The notes under the pieces: model-generated
What the model saw: only the letters and a program-made list of their open reading frames with translations
Told to the model about the DNA's origin: nothing
Databases searched by the model: none
DNA from: Candidatus Peregrinibacteria bacterium CG_4_10_14_0_2_um_filter_38_24
GTDB taxonomy: Bacteria; Patescibacteriota; Gracilibacteria; UBA1369; LOWO2-01-FULL-3
Reading direction: 5' to 3'
Length of the DNA stretch: 64,000 nucleotides
Assembly: GCA_002792535.1 (NCBI GenBank)
Contig: PFOM01000039.1
Coordinates: 8,564 to 72,563, forward strand
Translations under genes and position numbers: made by a program
In this document: piece by piece, positions 18,354 through 27,851 of the stretch
Layout of the letters: every line of letters starts with the position of its first letter
Position numbering within the stretch: position 1 is the first letter of the stretch

Positions 18354-20726
18354 CTACCTCTCAATCTTGCCCGTAAAATCCTTTTCCGCAATCACAACTT
18401 GAGCAAGTTCTTCAAGAGTATATTCACCTTCCATAACAAGAGAATTTTTATTTATAAGAAGATAAACATTTTTAGCTTTTTCTCCATTTGCAACAAAATC
18501 AAAAGTCACTTTTACTTCTGCATATCCTTCGAGAATAACATCTGAAACTCTATAAATAGCCGAGACTTCATCCACCATAGAGATATTTTCAAGACCGACC
18601 ACAAATCCAGCCTTCGCAACCTCCTTGGACACATAAGTTCTGGCAAATCTTTGAGCATAACTTTCCTCTCTTTGTTTATCATTTTTAGGCTCTGCCTCAG
18701 GCGTAAAATTCGCAAATTTACTCTTCAAAACAGGAAGTAAATTATCTATTTTCACAGGCTTGTCAGATAATGTCTCTCCATAAGCCACAACATCCTTCAA
18801 AATCACTTTTTCCCTGTCATAAGAAGCAGTAAACGCATATCCACCGGCAATACCATCAACAGAGACATATCGCTCTTTAGAATCTTGAATTTTACCTATT
18901 TTTAAATCAGAAACATCTTTTACTTCAGCAAAAGCAGCCAAAACTTCACTTTCAACCTCTTCAACAGATTTTGCTTTAACATTTTCACCTCCAAGAACAT
19001 CCGCCTTAAGACTCATAATATCCCAAATTTTGTTTTTATCTTCTACATAAGCACTATATCTTTCCTTATGCGTAGGCCCATAAGCCGTAGAATTTGAATA
19101 TTCCGGAGTGTTCAAATATCCCCAGAAATTACCAAGATCTTTTAGCTGAGATTCAAAAACAGCAATCACCGCTACATCACTACTTTCAGCCGGCATAAGC
19201 GCATTCACCTGAGAAAAAAGAGAAGAAACAATCTTTTTCGCATCCGCAACGGCAACTTTTCCATCAAAGAAAAATTTCACAAGTCTCTTTAAAAAATCAA
19301 TTTTATCGCTTATGAGATCTTGTTCGAGTTCAGTCTTAAGCTGACCATCTCCATAAAGAGATAAAAGTTCTTTTTCAAGCACAGATTTAACAGTGAAATA
19401 TTCATCCTTGTAAAAAACAGGATATTTCATAAAAAGATTATCAAAAAGCTGATTTTGATAAACGACAAAAGGCTGATAAAAATCAAGATTTCCTTTATTC
19501 CCAAGCACTTTATCCAATTTATCATAATACGAATCAAAAGCCATTTTTGCATAGACGTCACCCACATTTAACCCTTTATAAACTCCCTTCCACATATCCC
19601 CTATCGCCTTATACTGATTCTCACCATTCAAAAATCTCTCATCCAAAAGAGCTTTATAAATACCATATTGCTTGTCATCAAGAGTAAAAACACGAGTTTT
19701 TCGAAAGAATTCAGCCACAATTTTTGAAAAAATCGGAGAAGAAATCACATCAGGAGACAAAGTTTTTAGATACAAATCAAATGCATCCAAAGAGCTTTTT
19801 GCCTTTTCTACATCATTCTCAGAAGAATAATAAAGAGCATCACTCAAACGAGTAGAAAATTTATTAAAGATAAGATCCTTCTTTTTGGCAGGAATAAGCG
19901 TGAGATTCTCTGTAACCCAAGAAATAAACCCAGAATCCGAAACAGCTATAGAGCTTCCAGCCTTTCTGATCTCCGAAATCACTTCTTGCTTACTCTTCTC
20001 AATAAATTTTTTATCCTTATTCAAATTGCCAAAAATCCACGGATCTTCTTTTTCAACTTGAGGAATTATGGAATATTTAAACTCCTTGATTAGCTTTGAA
20101 TAAAGCAATTTTGCAGTTCTGTCGTCAATTTTGTCGACAGAAACACTTATCTTGGAATCTCTTGGAACAAGCAACCTATTAACAAAAATAGGACTATACC
20201 AATCTACATAATTTTTAAATTCAAAATCCTTCGGCAAAATACCCACATATGTATCCCCATCATAATTTGCAATATCAAGCTTTTTACCATCAAAAGAAAC
20301 ATCAATCGCACTAGCATCAGGCATAATAACAATCCTATCAATTATAAAATTCACCTTCGCATCACTCAAAGCAAAATTACCCCAAAATCTTCCAGAATCG
20401 ACCTTAAATAAATATGGATCTTTTCCTATATTCTCCTCTATCAAACTTAAGTTATTTTTAATACCACTATCTTCCTCTTTCGCAAAACGCAACAAACCAC
20501 CATCCGAAAAAACGACACCATCCTCATAATTTACAAATAAAATTTCATTTTCCGCTTCCAATTTTTTAGAATCAAAAGAAGCCTCGACAAAATAATTTCC
20601 TACAACCAAAGATAAAGATACTGCCGCCAAAATAATCACCTTCGCGACTTTTCCAAATTTACTTTTAAATTTGAACTCAACTCCGCTTAAAATTTCCTGA
20701 TTTTGCTTCTCATTCAATTCTTCCAT
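18354..20726 (-). CDS. large membrane-anchored hypothetical protein
   Basis: 790 aa with a single N-terminal hydrophobic helix (VAKVIILAAVSLSLVVGNYFV), followed by ~750 aa of mixed alpha/beta sequence with normal composition. No catalytic motif recognised. Confidence 0.75.
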   Translation of the reverse strand: MEELNEKQNQEILSGVEFKFKSKFGKVAKVIILAAVSLSLVVGNYFVEASFDSKKLEAENEILFVNYEDGVVFSDGGLLRFAKEEDSGIKNNLSLIEENIGKDPYLFKVDSGRFWGNFALSDAKVNFIIDRIVIMPDASAIDVSFDGKKLDIANYDGDTYVGILPKDFEFKNYVDWYSPIFVNRLLVPRDSKISVSVDKIDDRTAKLLYSKLIKEFKYSIIPQVEKEDPWIFGNLNKDKKFIEKSKQEVISEIRKAGSSIAVSDSGFISWVTENLTLIPAKKKDLIFNKFSTRLSDALYYSSENDVEKAKSSLDAFDLYLKTLSPDVISSPIFSKIVAEFFRKTRVFTLDDKQYGIYKALLDERFLNGENQYKAIGDMWKGVYKGLNVGDVYAKMAFDSYYDKLDKVLGNKGNLDFYQPFVVYQNQLFDNLFMKYPVFYKDEYFTVKSVLEKELLSLYGDGQLKTELEQDLISDKIDFLKRLVKFFFDGKVAVADAKKIVSSLFSQVNALMPAESSDVAVIAVFESQLKDLGNFWGYLNTPEYSNSTAYGPTHKERYSAYVEDKNKIWDIMSLKADVLGGENVKAKSVEEVESEVLAAFAEVKDVSDLKIGKIQDSKERYVSVDGIAGGYAFTASYDREKVILKDVVAYGETLSDKPVKIDNLLPVLKSKFANFTPEAEPKNDKQREESYAQRFARTYVSKEVAKAGFVVGLENISMVDEVSAIYRVSDVILEGYAEVKVTFDFVANGEKAKNVYLLINKNSLVMEGEYTLEELAQVVIAEKDFTGKIER

Positions 20727-20791
20727 TTGGGACTCTACTTTTATTTGTTTTTATATCTAGGAATTATACCACAAATAAGCACAAAAAACAA

Positions 20792-20829
20792 TTGGACATA
20801 CCAAAAGCGCTGTTCTATCATAGGACAGC
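20792..20829 (+). promoter_or_regulatory. putative promoter of the S41 protease gene with a palindrome over the -10
   Basis: TTGGAC (20792..20797), an 18-nt spacer, then TATCAT (20816..20821). The near-perfect palindrome GCTGTTCTA-TCA-TAGGACAGC (20809..20829) has one mismatch. Confidence 0.4.
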
Positions 20830-20861
20830 ATTTTTTGAATTTACCTCATTAACAAAAAACC

Positions 20862-22604
20862 ATGCAAAAAAGTATACTAAAAAAGATTATCGCAATAATT
20901 ATTGCCTCATCTATTTTTTCGCTAAACACATTCACTACCGCATTCGCATTTTATTCCGACGTTCCGGAAACAAACACCTATTACAAAGAGATTCAAGAAT
21001 TATACGATGCGAACAAACTTCCCAAATACACCGAGAACAAATTAAACCCAAATGAAAGGTTGAAAACCTTGGATTTCTACGAAATACTTTTTACTTACGC
21101 AAAAGCACCCTTATCGACAACAATAAAATTACCATTTACAAATACGGACGACTCGGCTTCCTACGCAAAATATCTTCAGACAGCCCTTGATTTTGGGCTT
21201 ATAAAAGCTGATTCAACGACATTCGACCTAAAACAATCAATCACTAAATATCAAGCATTATCTGTAATGTTTAAAACTCTCGACATCGGCGTGAACTATT
21301 TTTTTGATCAATCGAAATTCATATTCACAGACATAAGTAATACTTCAGACGCCGCGGCAGTGGCAATGAAAGCTTTGGAACTTGGAATACAGGAAAAAAA
21401 GACACCCGAAAATTTCAAAAAATCACGCAGAATCACAAAAGGCGAAGCAATCGATTATCTTTACAAAATATATAAATATTCTCCTACTGCAGCATTTACA
21501 ATCAAAATAACTCCTTCAAAAGCACAGCCAATCCAATCAAAATACACATTAACTCAAAAAGAGCTCATAAATAGCGATAATTTTTCAAAATTACTTGAGA
21601 TCTGGGACGACCTGAAAAACAACTACTACTATAAAGACAAAATCGACAACACCGAGTTAATCAATGGCGCAATAAAAGGAATGGTAGAAAAAGCCGACGA
21701 CATTTATACGGTTTACCAAGAGCCTACAGATGCCGAAAAACTCCTTGGCAGTCTTTCGACACAGGAATATGAAGGAGTCGGAATGACACTCGAATTAATA
21801 GACGGAAACGCAACGGTGATATCTCCATTCAACGACTCCCCTGCCGACAAAGCCGGCATAAAAGCAAATGACATTATAATAGAAGTAGACGGAACAAATA
21901 TCGTAGGAAAAACTCTTGAAGAAGTAACCACAAAAATTAAAGGAAAATCCGGAACCGTAGTGAAAATTAAGATCCTTCGCAATAAAAAAGAACAAACATT
22001 CAAAGTAACAAGAGAAAAAATTAACTACAAAAGTGTATCTTCAAAAACATTAACAAAAGACAAAAAAACTATCGGATATATCCAAATAAACATATTTGGA
22101 GCGGAAACTTATGGTGATTTCGTGGCTCAAGCAAACGAACTTATCAAACAAAAAGTATCCGGATTTATAATTGATTTAAGAAATAATCCAGGAGGATATA
22201 TGGACACGGCAATTCAACTCGTCAGCTTATTCACAAAAGAAAAAAAGACCGCAGTGGAATTAAAATTCAGCGACGGAAGCATAGACAAATATCAAACAGA
22301 CGGAAATGGCCTTCTTGCGGGATACAAAACAATCATACTTATAAATAACGGCTCTGCCTCCGCATCCGAGATCCTAGCCGGAGCACTAAAAGACCACAAT
22401 CTCGCAAAACTTGTCGGAGATAAATCATTTGGAAAAGGTGTAGTTCAACAATTAAACACATATAAAGATGGATCTCTTTTCAAATATACCATTTCGCAGT
22501 GGCTCACCCCAAAAGGAACAAGTATAAACAAAATGGGAATTGCTCCGGACATCTCAGTAACAGATCCAACAAAACAACTAGACAAAGCCCTAGAGCAATT
22601 TTGA
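20862..22604 (+). CDS. carboxy-terminal processing (S41) peptidase with N-terminal SLH-like region
   Basis: 580 aa. It has a signal/anchor (IIAIIIASSIFSLNTFTTAFA), an SLH-like segment (FYSDVPETNTYYKEIQELY), a PDZ domain (GVGMTLE...DKAGIKANDIIIEVDG) and an S41 core (DLRNNPGGY, NNGSASASEILAGAL). Confidence 0.88.
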   Translation: MQKSILKKIIAIIIASSIFSLNTFTTAFAFYSDVPETNTYYKEIQELYDANKLPKYTENKLNPNERLKTLDFYEILFTYAKAPLSTTIKLPFTNTDDSASYAKYLQTALDFGLIKADSTTFDLKQSITKYQALSVMFKTLDIGVNYFFDQSKFIFTDISNTSDAAAVAMKALELGIQEKKTPENFKKSRRITKGEAIDYLYKIYKYSPTAAFTIKITPSKAQPIQSKYTLTQKELINSDNFSKLLEIWDDLKNNYYYKDKIDNTELINGAIKGMVEKADDIYTVYQEPTDAEKLLGSLSTQEYEGVGMTLELIDGNATVISPFNDSPADKAGIKANDIIIEVDGTNIVGKTLEEVTTKIKGKSGTVVKIKILRNKKEQTFKVTREKINYKSVSSKTLTKDKKTIGYIQINIFGAETYGDFVAQANELIKQKVSGFIIDLRNNPGGYMDTAIQLVSLFTKEKKTAVELKFSDGSIDKYQTDGNGLLAGYKTIILINNGSASASEILAGALKDHNLAKLVGDKSFGKGVVQQLNTYKDGSLFKYTISQWLTPKGTSINKMGIAPDISVTDPTKQLDKALEQF

Positions 22605-22618
22605 AACAAGTGAAAAAG

Positions 22619-22753
22619 GAGCAGTAGTACAAATTGAAAAATAGCTAAAGCGCCATAAGCGCATCACTCGGGCTAACATGTACGCCCTTCGCGAAGACGA
22701 GCATCATGATGCTCGTCTTTTTTAGCAATATTTTTAAATTTGTACTACTGCTC
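22619..22753. repeat. 135-nt GC-enriched multi-hairpin element closed by a 17-bp perfect inverted repeat
   Basis: GAGCAGTAGTACAAATT (22619..22635) pairs with AATTTGTACTACTGCTC (22737..22753). The right arm is the last codons and stop of the VirB4-like gene. The interior holds a second stem (AAAAATA-GCTAAA / TTTAGC-aa-TATTTTT) and three small GC-rich hairpins. Confidence 0.8.
22694..22724 (+). terminator. intrinsic terminator of the S41 protease gene
   Basis: AAGACGAGCA (22694..22703) pairs with TGCTCGTCTT (22710..22719) around a 6-nt loop. The stem runs into a T-tract ending at 22723. Confidence 0.8.
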
Positions 22754-25018
22754 ATCCTTCTGCTTCAAAAGCTCCTCAGGATTTGTAGTCACAATCTTAT
22801 TCTCAATAAAAGATGCAATAATTTGTATCGCAACATGCTTGAGCCCTGCAAAGAAAAGTCCTTGCCCAACTCCACTATTTAGAAGGACATATTTTTCCCC
22901 CTCAGTAAGATTAAATAATGTTCCAAGCATTTCTATCGCAGACGGTGATTGCTTCAATAAAAGCTGAATAGATGAATTTGTAATAATAGGTTTCCCGTAA
23001 GCACTCTTCAAGAAATCCTCAACGTCCTGCGTAATAGTAGTAACTCCAAGATAATATTTTCTAGCACGCTTCACGAGTCCTGCCAAAAATTTCGCGCTAT
23101 CTTCATGTTGCATCATCGTCCATGCCTCATCAATAACAAGAACTCTCTTTTTCAACTTAATTCTGATTCTATTCCAAATGTAATTCAGGATAATATACAT
23201 CGCAATAGGACGTAAAGCATCTTCAAGATCACGAATACAAAAGACCATCATTCCGGTCGAAAGATCCAAGTTTGTAGGTTTATTGAAAATTCCGGAATAA
23301 GAACCGGTCGTATATTTAGAAAGTCTTTGAACAAGCGATTCCGCTCCCTTCATAGAGCCAAGAACTTTGTACAAATCCTCCATCGTAGGAGGTTCGTAAG
23401 CCGAAGGATCAGTAAGTTCCATCGTAATTCCTTTGAGCGCATAAACATCAATCAAAGCCTTATCCAAAATAGATTCTTCTTCAGGATTAACTCCTCCAAG
23501 CATAAGCTTAAGAAGTCCGTGAAGAGTAATAACATTTGATCTAAGCAAATCACCGGGAGCGCTATCCTCTCCTTCAAAAGGCTTAGGCAAATCAAAAGGA
23601 TTAATTCTACGATCACTATTCAAACTAAGTCTCAAATAAGTTCCTCCAACCGTATTTGCAAGCGCCTCATACTCATTTTCCGGATCAATTACAATTATAT
23701 CTGTACCCATCATCATCAAACGAAGCATTTCAAGCTTAACAGCGTAAGATTTTCCGGCACCGGATTTCGCAAACACAACACTATTCGCATTTTCAAGAGC
23801 AAAACGATCAAAAATAATCAAACTATCATTATGCCTGTTTAATCCATACAAAATTCCTTTATCCGAAGTCAAATCGGAAGAAGAAAACGGAAATGTCGTA
23901 GAAAGCGGACTCGTATTCATATTACGAATCACATAAAGTTCATCTAAACACATCGGCAAACAAGCATTTAATCCATGCTCAGCCTGAAGTTGCGTTCTCT
24001 TTGTCATCACCAAACGACCGGCAAGCAAAGTCTCAAGCTGTTTCGAAACCTTTTCAAGCTTCTTTTCGTCCTCCGCATAAATAGTAAAATAAAGCGCAAA
24101 TTGGAAAAATTTCTCCTGTCCTCTCTGAATTTCCGTACGCAATTGTTCCGCATCTTCAAGCGCAGTTTCCAGCGCAGGGTCACGCACAATCCCCTTCTCC
24201 TGCAATATCTGAATACTTGAGTGCATCTGTGCCACTTTTTTCCTCAAAGTTTTCATAATTTCCTCTGAAGAAATAGGATAAATGAATTGAGAAATATCCA
24301 TCGTTACATCAAAATTCACTACCGGCGAAAGCCAGTTTGCATACAAATATCGAGGATACGCATAAACATAAAAGGATTTTGTATAAAGACCATCCAAACA
24401 TAAAGAATCATATTTTATCTCCATCGCAGACGGAGAGATAAGATCTTTTATCGCAGAAAGTCCTTGCTGATAAATTTTTTCAGCTTCAATGTATTTTTGC
24501 CTTTCTTCATTGGACATCTTCGCCTTCGCGGCATCAAGTTCACCAGCCTTCGCCACTACATCCTGCCTATTGGCATCATTTGAAACAAATAAAGATTTTA
24601 AATTGTCAAAAACAGATTTCTTTTTTGCAGGATCTACACTTGGAACAACAGGCTGAACTTGAGCCTCAGCCAAAACATCTTGAGAAACTTTTTTCCCGGT
24701 TTTTGGATCATATCCAGCCTGTTGAAGCTTTGGTGTCGCTTCAAAATCAGCCTTTTGCACAACTTCAAGAGAAGGCGTTACTTCTATCATAGAATCAGGA
24801 TTTTCACCAAGTTCCGTAGCAGTAACTCTCTCCGCCTTTATCTCTACCTTCGCATCTCCATAGCTAATTTTAGCTCCACTAGACGCCTGAGAGGCATCCT
24901 TAAGCCACTCCGGAGTTTCAAGATTTTGCCCTTGAACCTCAGAGAAAACATTTTTATTTTCAACAGCTTCAGCTTTATCATCTGTAATTACAGCGGCAGT
25001 TGTACTTTTAGGGTCCAT
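22745..25018 (-). CDS. VirB4/TraC/TrbE-like type IV secretion ATPase with low-complexity N-terminal extension
   Basis: 757 aa with Walker A FAKSGAGKSYAVK and Walker B VLVIDEAWTMM. The overall layout matches VirB4-type (AAA_10/DUF87) ATPases. The first ~167 aa are A/K/E/Q/V-rich, and an in-frame ATG at 24517 is an alternative start. Confidence 0.8.
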   Translation of the reverse strand: MDPKSTTAAVITDDKAEAVENKNVFSEVQGQNLETPEWLKDASQASSGAKISYGDAKVEIKAERVTATELGENPDSMIEVTPSLEVVQKADFEATPKLQQAGYDPKTGKKVSQDVLAEAQVQPVVPSVDPAKKKSVFDNLKSLFVSNDANRQDVVAKAGELDAAKAKMSNEERQKYIEAEKIYQQGLSAIKDLISPSAMEIKYDSLCLDGLYTKSFYVYAYPRYLYANWLSPVVNFDVTMDISQFIYPISSEEIMKTLRKKVAQMHSSIQILQEKGIVRDPALETALEDAEQLRTEIQRGQEKFFQFALYFTIYAEDEKKLEKVSKQLETLLAGRLVMTKRTQLQAEHGLNACLPMCLDELYVIRNMNTSPLSTTFPFSSSDLTSDKGILYGLNRHNDSLIIFDRFALENANSVVFAKSGAGKSYAVKLEMLRLMMMGTDIIVIDPENEYEALANTVGGTYLRLSLNSDRRINPFDLPKPFEGEDSAPGDLLRSNVITLHGLLKLMLGGVNPEEESILDKALIDVYALKGITMELTDPSAYEPPTMEDLYKVLGSMKGAESLVQRLSKYTTGSYSGIFNKPTNLDLSTGMMVFCIRDLEDALRPIAMYIILNYIWNRIRIKLKKRVLVIDEAWTMMQHEDSAKFLAGLVKRARKYYLGVTTITQDVEDFLKSAYGKPIITNSSIQLLLKQSPSAIEMLGTLFNLTEGEKYVLLNSGVGQGLFFAGLKHVAIQIIASFIENKIVTTNPEELLKQKDEQ

Positions 25019-25055
25019 TTATTTTTTGTTTTTACTATTTCGAAATATTCATATC

Positions 25056-25064
25056 ATTTTAGCA
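25056..25064 (-). promoter_or_regulatory. extended -10 (TGcTAAAAT) upstream of the VirB4-like gene
   Basis: The minus strand reads TGCTAAAAT at 25064..25056, 37 nt upstream of the ATG at 25018. Confidence 0.4.
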
Positions 25065-25077
25065 AAAATTAAGCCCT

Positions 25078-25105
25078 TTTACAAGGGATAAAAGTATGCT
25101 ACGAT
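25078..25105 (+). promoter_or_regulatory. putative gyrA promoter
   Basis: TTTACA (25078..25083), a 16-nt spacer, then TGcTACGAT (TG at 25097..25098, -10 at 25100..25105). It lies 32 nt upstream of the ATG at 25138. Confidence 0.4.
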
Positions 25106-25137
25106 GTGGCGGCAAAAAAATTTAAATCTAAATACCA

Positions 25138-27831
25138 ATGAATCCGAGAAAGAAAAACGATCAAACCAACAACGAAAACGAAGAGAATAAAGACAAAAAG
25201 AAGAGAAAAACAAAGATCGAAGAGGAAGGAAAAGACGAACAAGAAGAGATGGAACTCGAAGAAAACAACGAAGAAAGTGGATCAAGCGAATACACAAAAG
25301 AGGTGGAAATCGAGCAAAAACTCTTCCCGGCAGGAAAAGTAAATCCAGCAAACATCTCCGAAGAAATGGAAACTTCTTACTTGGAATACGCGATGAGCGT
25401 TATCGTTTCACGTGCGCTTCCAGATGTAAGAGACGGACTTAAGCCTGTACATAGACGTATTTTGTTCGCCATGAATGAAATCGGGCTAAAATCTTCAGGC
25501 GGATTCAGGAAATCAGCCGCGGTTGTGGGAGAAGTGTTGGCAAAATATCATCCACATGGAGACAGTGCCGTTTACGATTCCATGGTCAGAATGGCCCAAG
25601 ATTTCGCGATGAGGTACACACTCGTAAGAGGACAAGGAAACTTTGGTTCAATCGATGGAGATTCCGCTGCCGCAATGAGGTACACGGAAGCAAAATTAGA
25701 GAAAATCACAGACGAAATGCTTCAAGACATCGACAAAGAAACAGTTTCATTTAGAGATAATTACGACGGACGACATCAAGAACCTACAGTCCTTCCTGCA
25801 AAACTACCACAATTGCTTTTAAATGGTTCTACAGGGATCGCGGTAGGAATGGCAACATCTATCCCCCCACACAATCTAGGCGAGCTCGTAGACGCCTTAA
25901 TGCACCTTTCAACCAATCCGGAATGTACAATCGAAGATTTGATGCAATTCATAAAAGGACCTGATTTCCCAACTGGAGGCATTATTTACAGCATTGAAGA
26001 CATAAAAAGAGCATACATGACTGGTCGCGGAGGAATGGTGGTAAGAGCAAAAACAGACATCGTCGAGAAAAAAGGAGGAAAATACGCGATTATCGTCACT
26101 GAAATTCCTTACCAAGTAAACAAATCAAACTTGGTCAGCAAAATGGCAGAATTGGTAAGAGACAAAAAAATCTTAGGAATTTCTGACATTAGAGATGAAT
26201 CAAACAAAGATGGAATTCGTGTAATTATAGAGCTCAAAAAAGATTCTTTCCCAAGAAAAATTCTAAACCAATTATTCAAATACACGCAACTTCAATCATC
26301 ATTCAACATGAATATGATTGCGCTTGTCGATGAGATTCAGCCGCATCTTCTAGATCTGAAACAAGTTCTTGAGTATTTCATTGCTCACAGAAAGATCATG
26401 ATCACGAAAAGAACAGAATATGATCTTAAAATTGCAAAAGCTCGTGCGCATATTTTAGAAGGATTGAAAATTGCACTCGACAATATCGATGCAGTAATTC
26501 AAACAATCAGAAAATCTCCTACAAAAGAAGAAGCACACGTAGCATTGATTAAGAAATTCGAACTTTCAGACGAACAATCAAAGGCCATTTTGGAAATGAG
26601 ACTTCAAACCTTAGCAGGTCTTGAAAGGCAAAAAATCGAAGATGAATTAGCTGAAAAAATGGCTTTAATTACAAAACTTGAAGGAATTCTTGCAGACGTG
26701 AAGAAAATCCTAAAAATAATGCAAAACGAACTCGCGGAAGTAAAAGAAAAATACTCCGACAAAAGAAGAACCGAAGTTGTTCCTCACGCAGTAGACAGCA
26801 TTTCGAAAAAAGACACAATTCCAAACGAAGAAATGATCGTCATGCTAAGCCGTGAAAATTATATTAAGAGAATGCCTCCAAGCTCCTTCAGAACACAAAA
26901 TCGCGGAGGAAAAGGAATCATCGGCGGAACAACAAAAGATGAAGATGAAATAAGAGTAATTGTATATGGAACAAACCACGAAGAACTCCTATATTTCACA
27001 AACCGTGGACGCGTTTTCAGACTTCCGGTTTACGAACTTCCAATCGGCTCAAGAACATCAAAAGGCCAAGCAATCGTAAATCTTCTTCAATTACAAGAAA
27101 ACGAATACGTCACTGCAATTCTAAATAGTGGAGAAAAACTAACAGAAGAATTTTTACTTATTGCAACAAGAAACGGAACAGTAAAAAAGACACCTGTCGG
27201 AGACTTCACCAACGTCAGAAAAAGCGGACTGATAGCCATAAAACTAAGAGATAAAGACTCTCTTGAGTGGGTAAAAGAAACGTCAAAAGGAGACGAAATA
27301 ATCATCGTTACAAAAAATGGAAAATCAATAAGATTCCACGAAGACGATGCCCGCCCAATGGGAAGAGCTTCTATTGGAGTAAGAGGAATAAAAATCAAAA
27401 CAGACGATGAAGTAGTAGAAATGAATGTAATAAAAGACAAAGAAAATTCCAAACTTCTAGTTGTAATGGAAAACGGACTCGGAAAAATGACATCAGTCAA
27501 AGATTACAGAACTCAAACACGTGGAGGAACAGGAGTCAAAACGGCCAATATCACACCAAAAACAGGAAAAGTAATAGGAGCAAAAATTCTTGATAAAGAC
27601 ATAGACGCAGATTTGATAATCGCCTCAAAAATTGGCCAAATCATAAGATTAAATGTAAAAGATATTCCTTCTCAAGGAAGGGCGACACAAGGAGTTTACC
27701 TGATGAGAATGCATACAAACGATCAAGTCGCATCAATCTCATTAATAGAAAACATCATCCCTGCAAAAGAAGGAAAAGAAGAAGAACAAGCGGAGAAACA
27801 AACCAAAATTGCAGTAGAGGAAGAAAAATAA
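25138..27831 (+). CDS. gyrA: DNA gyrase subunit A
   Basis: 897 aa with [32 protein letters not shown], the active-site segment [10 protein letters not shown], and C-terminal beta-pinwheel repeats. A ~60-aa K/E/N-rich N-terminal extension precedes the conserved core. Confidence 0.96.
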   Translation: MNPRKKNDQTNNENEENKDKKKRKTKIEEEGKDEQEEMELEENNEESGSSEYTKEVEIEQKLFPAGKVNPANISEEMETSYLEYAMSVIVSRALPDVRDGLKPVHRRILFAMNEIGLKSSGGFRKSAAVVGEVLAKYHPHGDSAVYDSMVRMAQDFAMRYTLVRGQGNFGSIDGDSAAAMRYTEAKLEKITDEMLQDIDKETVSFRDNYDGRHQEPTVLPAKLPQLLLNGSTGIAVGMATSIPPHNLGELVDALMHLSTNPECTIEDLMQFIKGPDFPTGGIIYSIEDIKRAYMTGRGGMVVRAKTDIVEKKGGKYAIIVTEIPYQVNKSNLVSKMAELVRDKKILGISDIRDESNKDGIRVIIELKKDSFPRKILNQLFKYTQLQSSFNMNMIALVDEIQPHLLDLKQVLEYFIAHRKIMITKRTEYDLKIAKARAHILEGLKIALDNIDAVIQTIRKSPTKEEAHVALIKKFELSDEQSKAILEMRLQTLAGLERQKIEDELAEKMALITKLEGILADVKKILKIMQNELAEVKEKYSDKRRTEVVPHAVDSISKKDTIPNEEMIVMLSRENYIKRMPPSSFRTQNRGGKGIIGGTTKDEDEIRVIVYGTNHEELLYFTNRGRVFRLPVYELPIGSRTSKGQAIVNLLQLQENEYVTAILNSGEKLTEEFLLIATRNGTVKKTPVGDFTNVRKSGLIAIKLRDKDSLEWVKETSKGDEIIIVTKNGKSIRFHEDDARPMGRASIGVRGIKIKTDDEVVEMNVIKDKENSKLLVVMENGLGKMTSVKDYRTQTRGGTGVKTANITPKTGKVIGAKILDKDIDADLIIASKIGQIIRLNVKDIPSQGRATQGVYLMRMHTNDQVASISLIENIIPAKEGKEEEQAEKQTKIAVEEEK

Positions 27832-27851
27832 CCTAATTCTACACAAAGAAA

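Noticed and set aside
25079-25351. 90-aa and 64-aa minus-strand ORFs over the gyrA 5' end
   Set aside because: They are antisense to the charged GyrA N-terminal extension (GAA/AAA-rich, which reads as F/S/L-rich), and they would run through the gyrA promoter.
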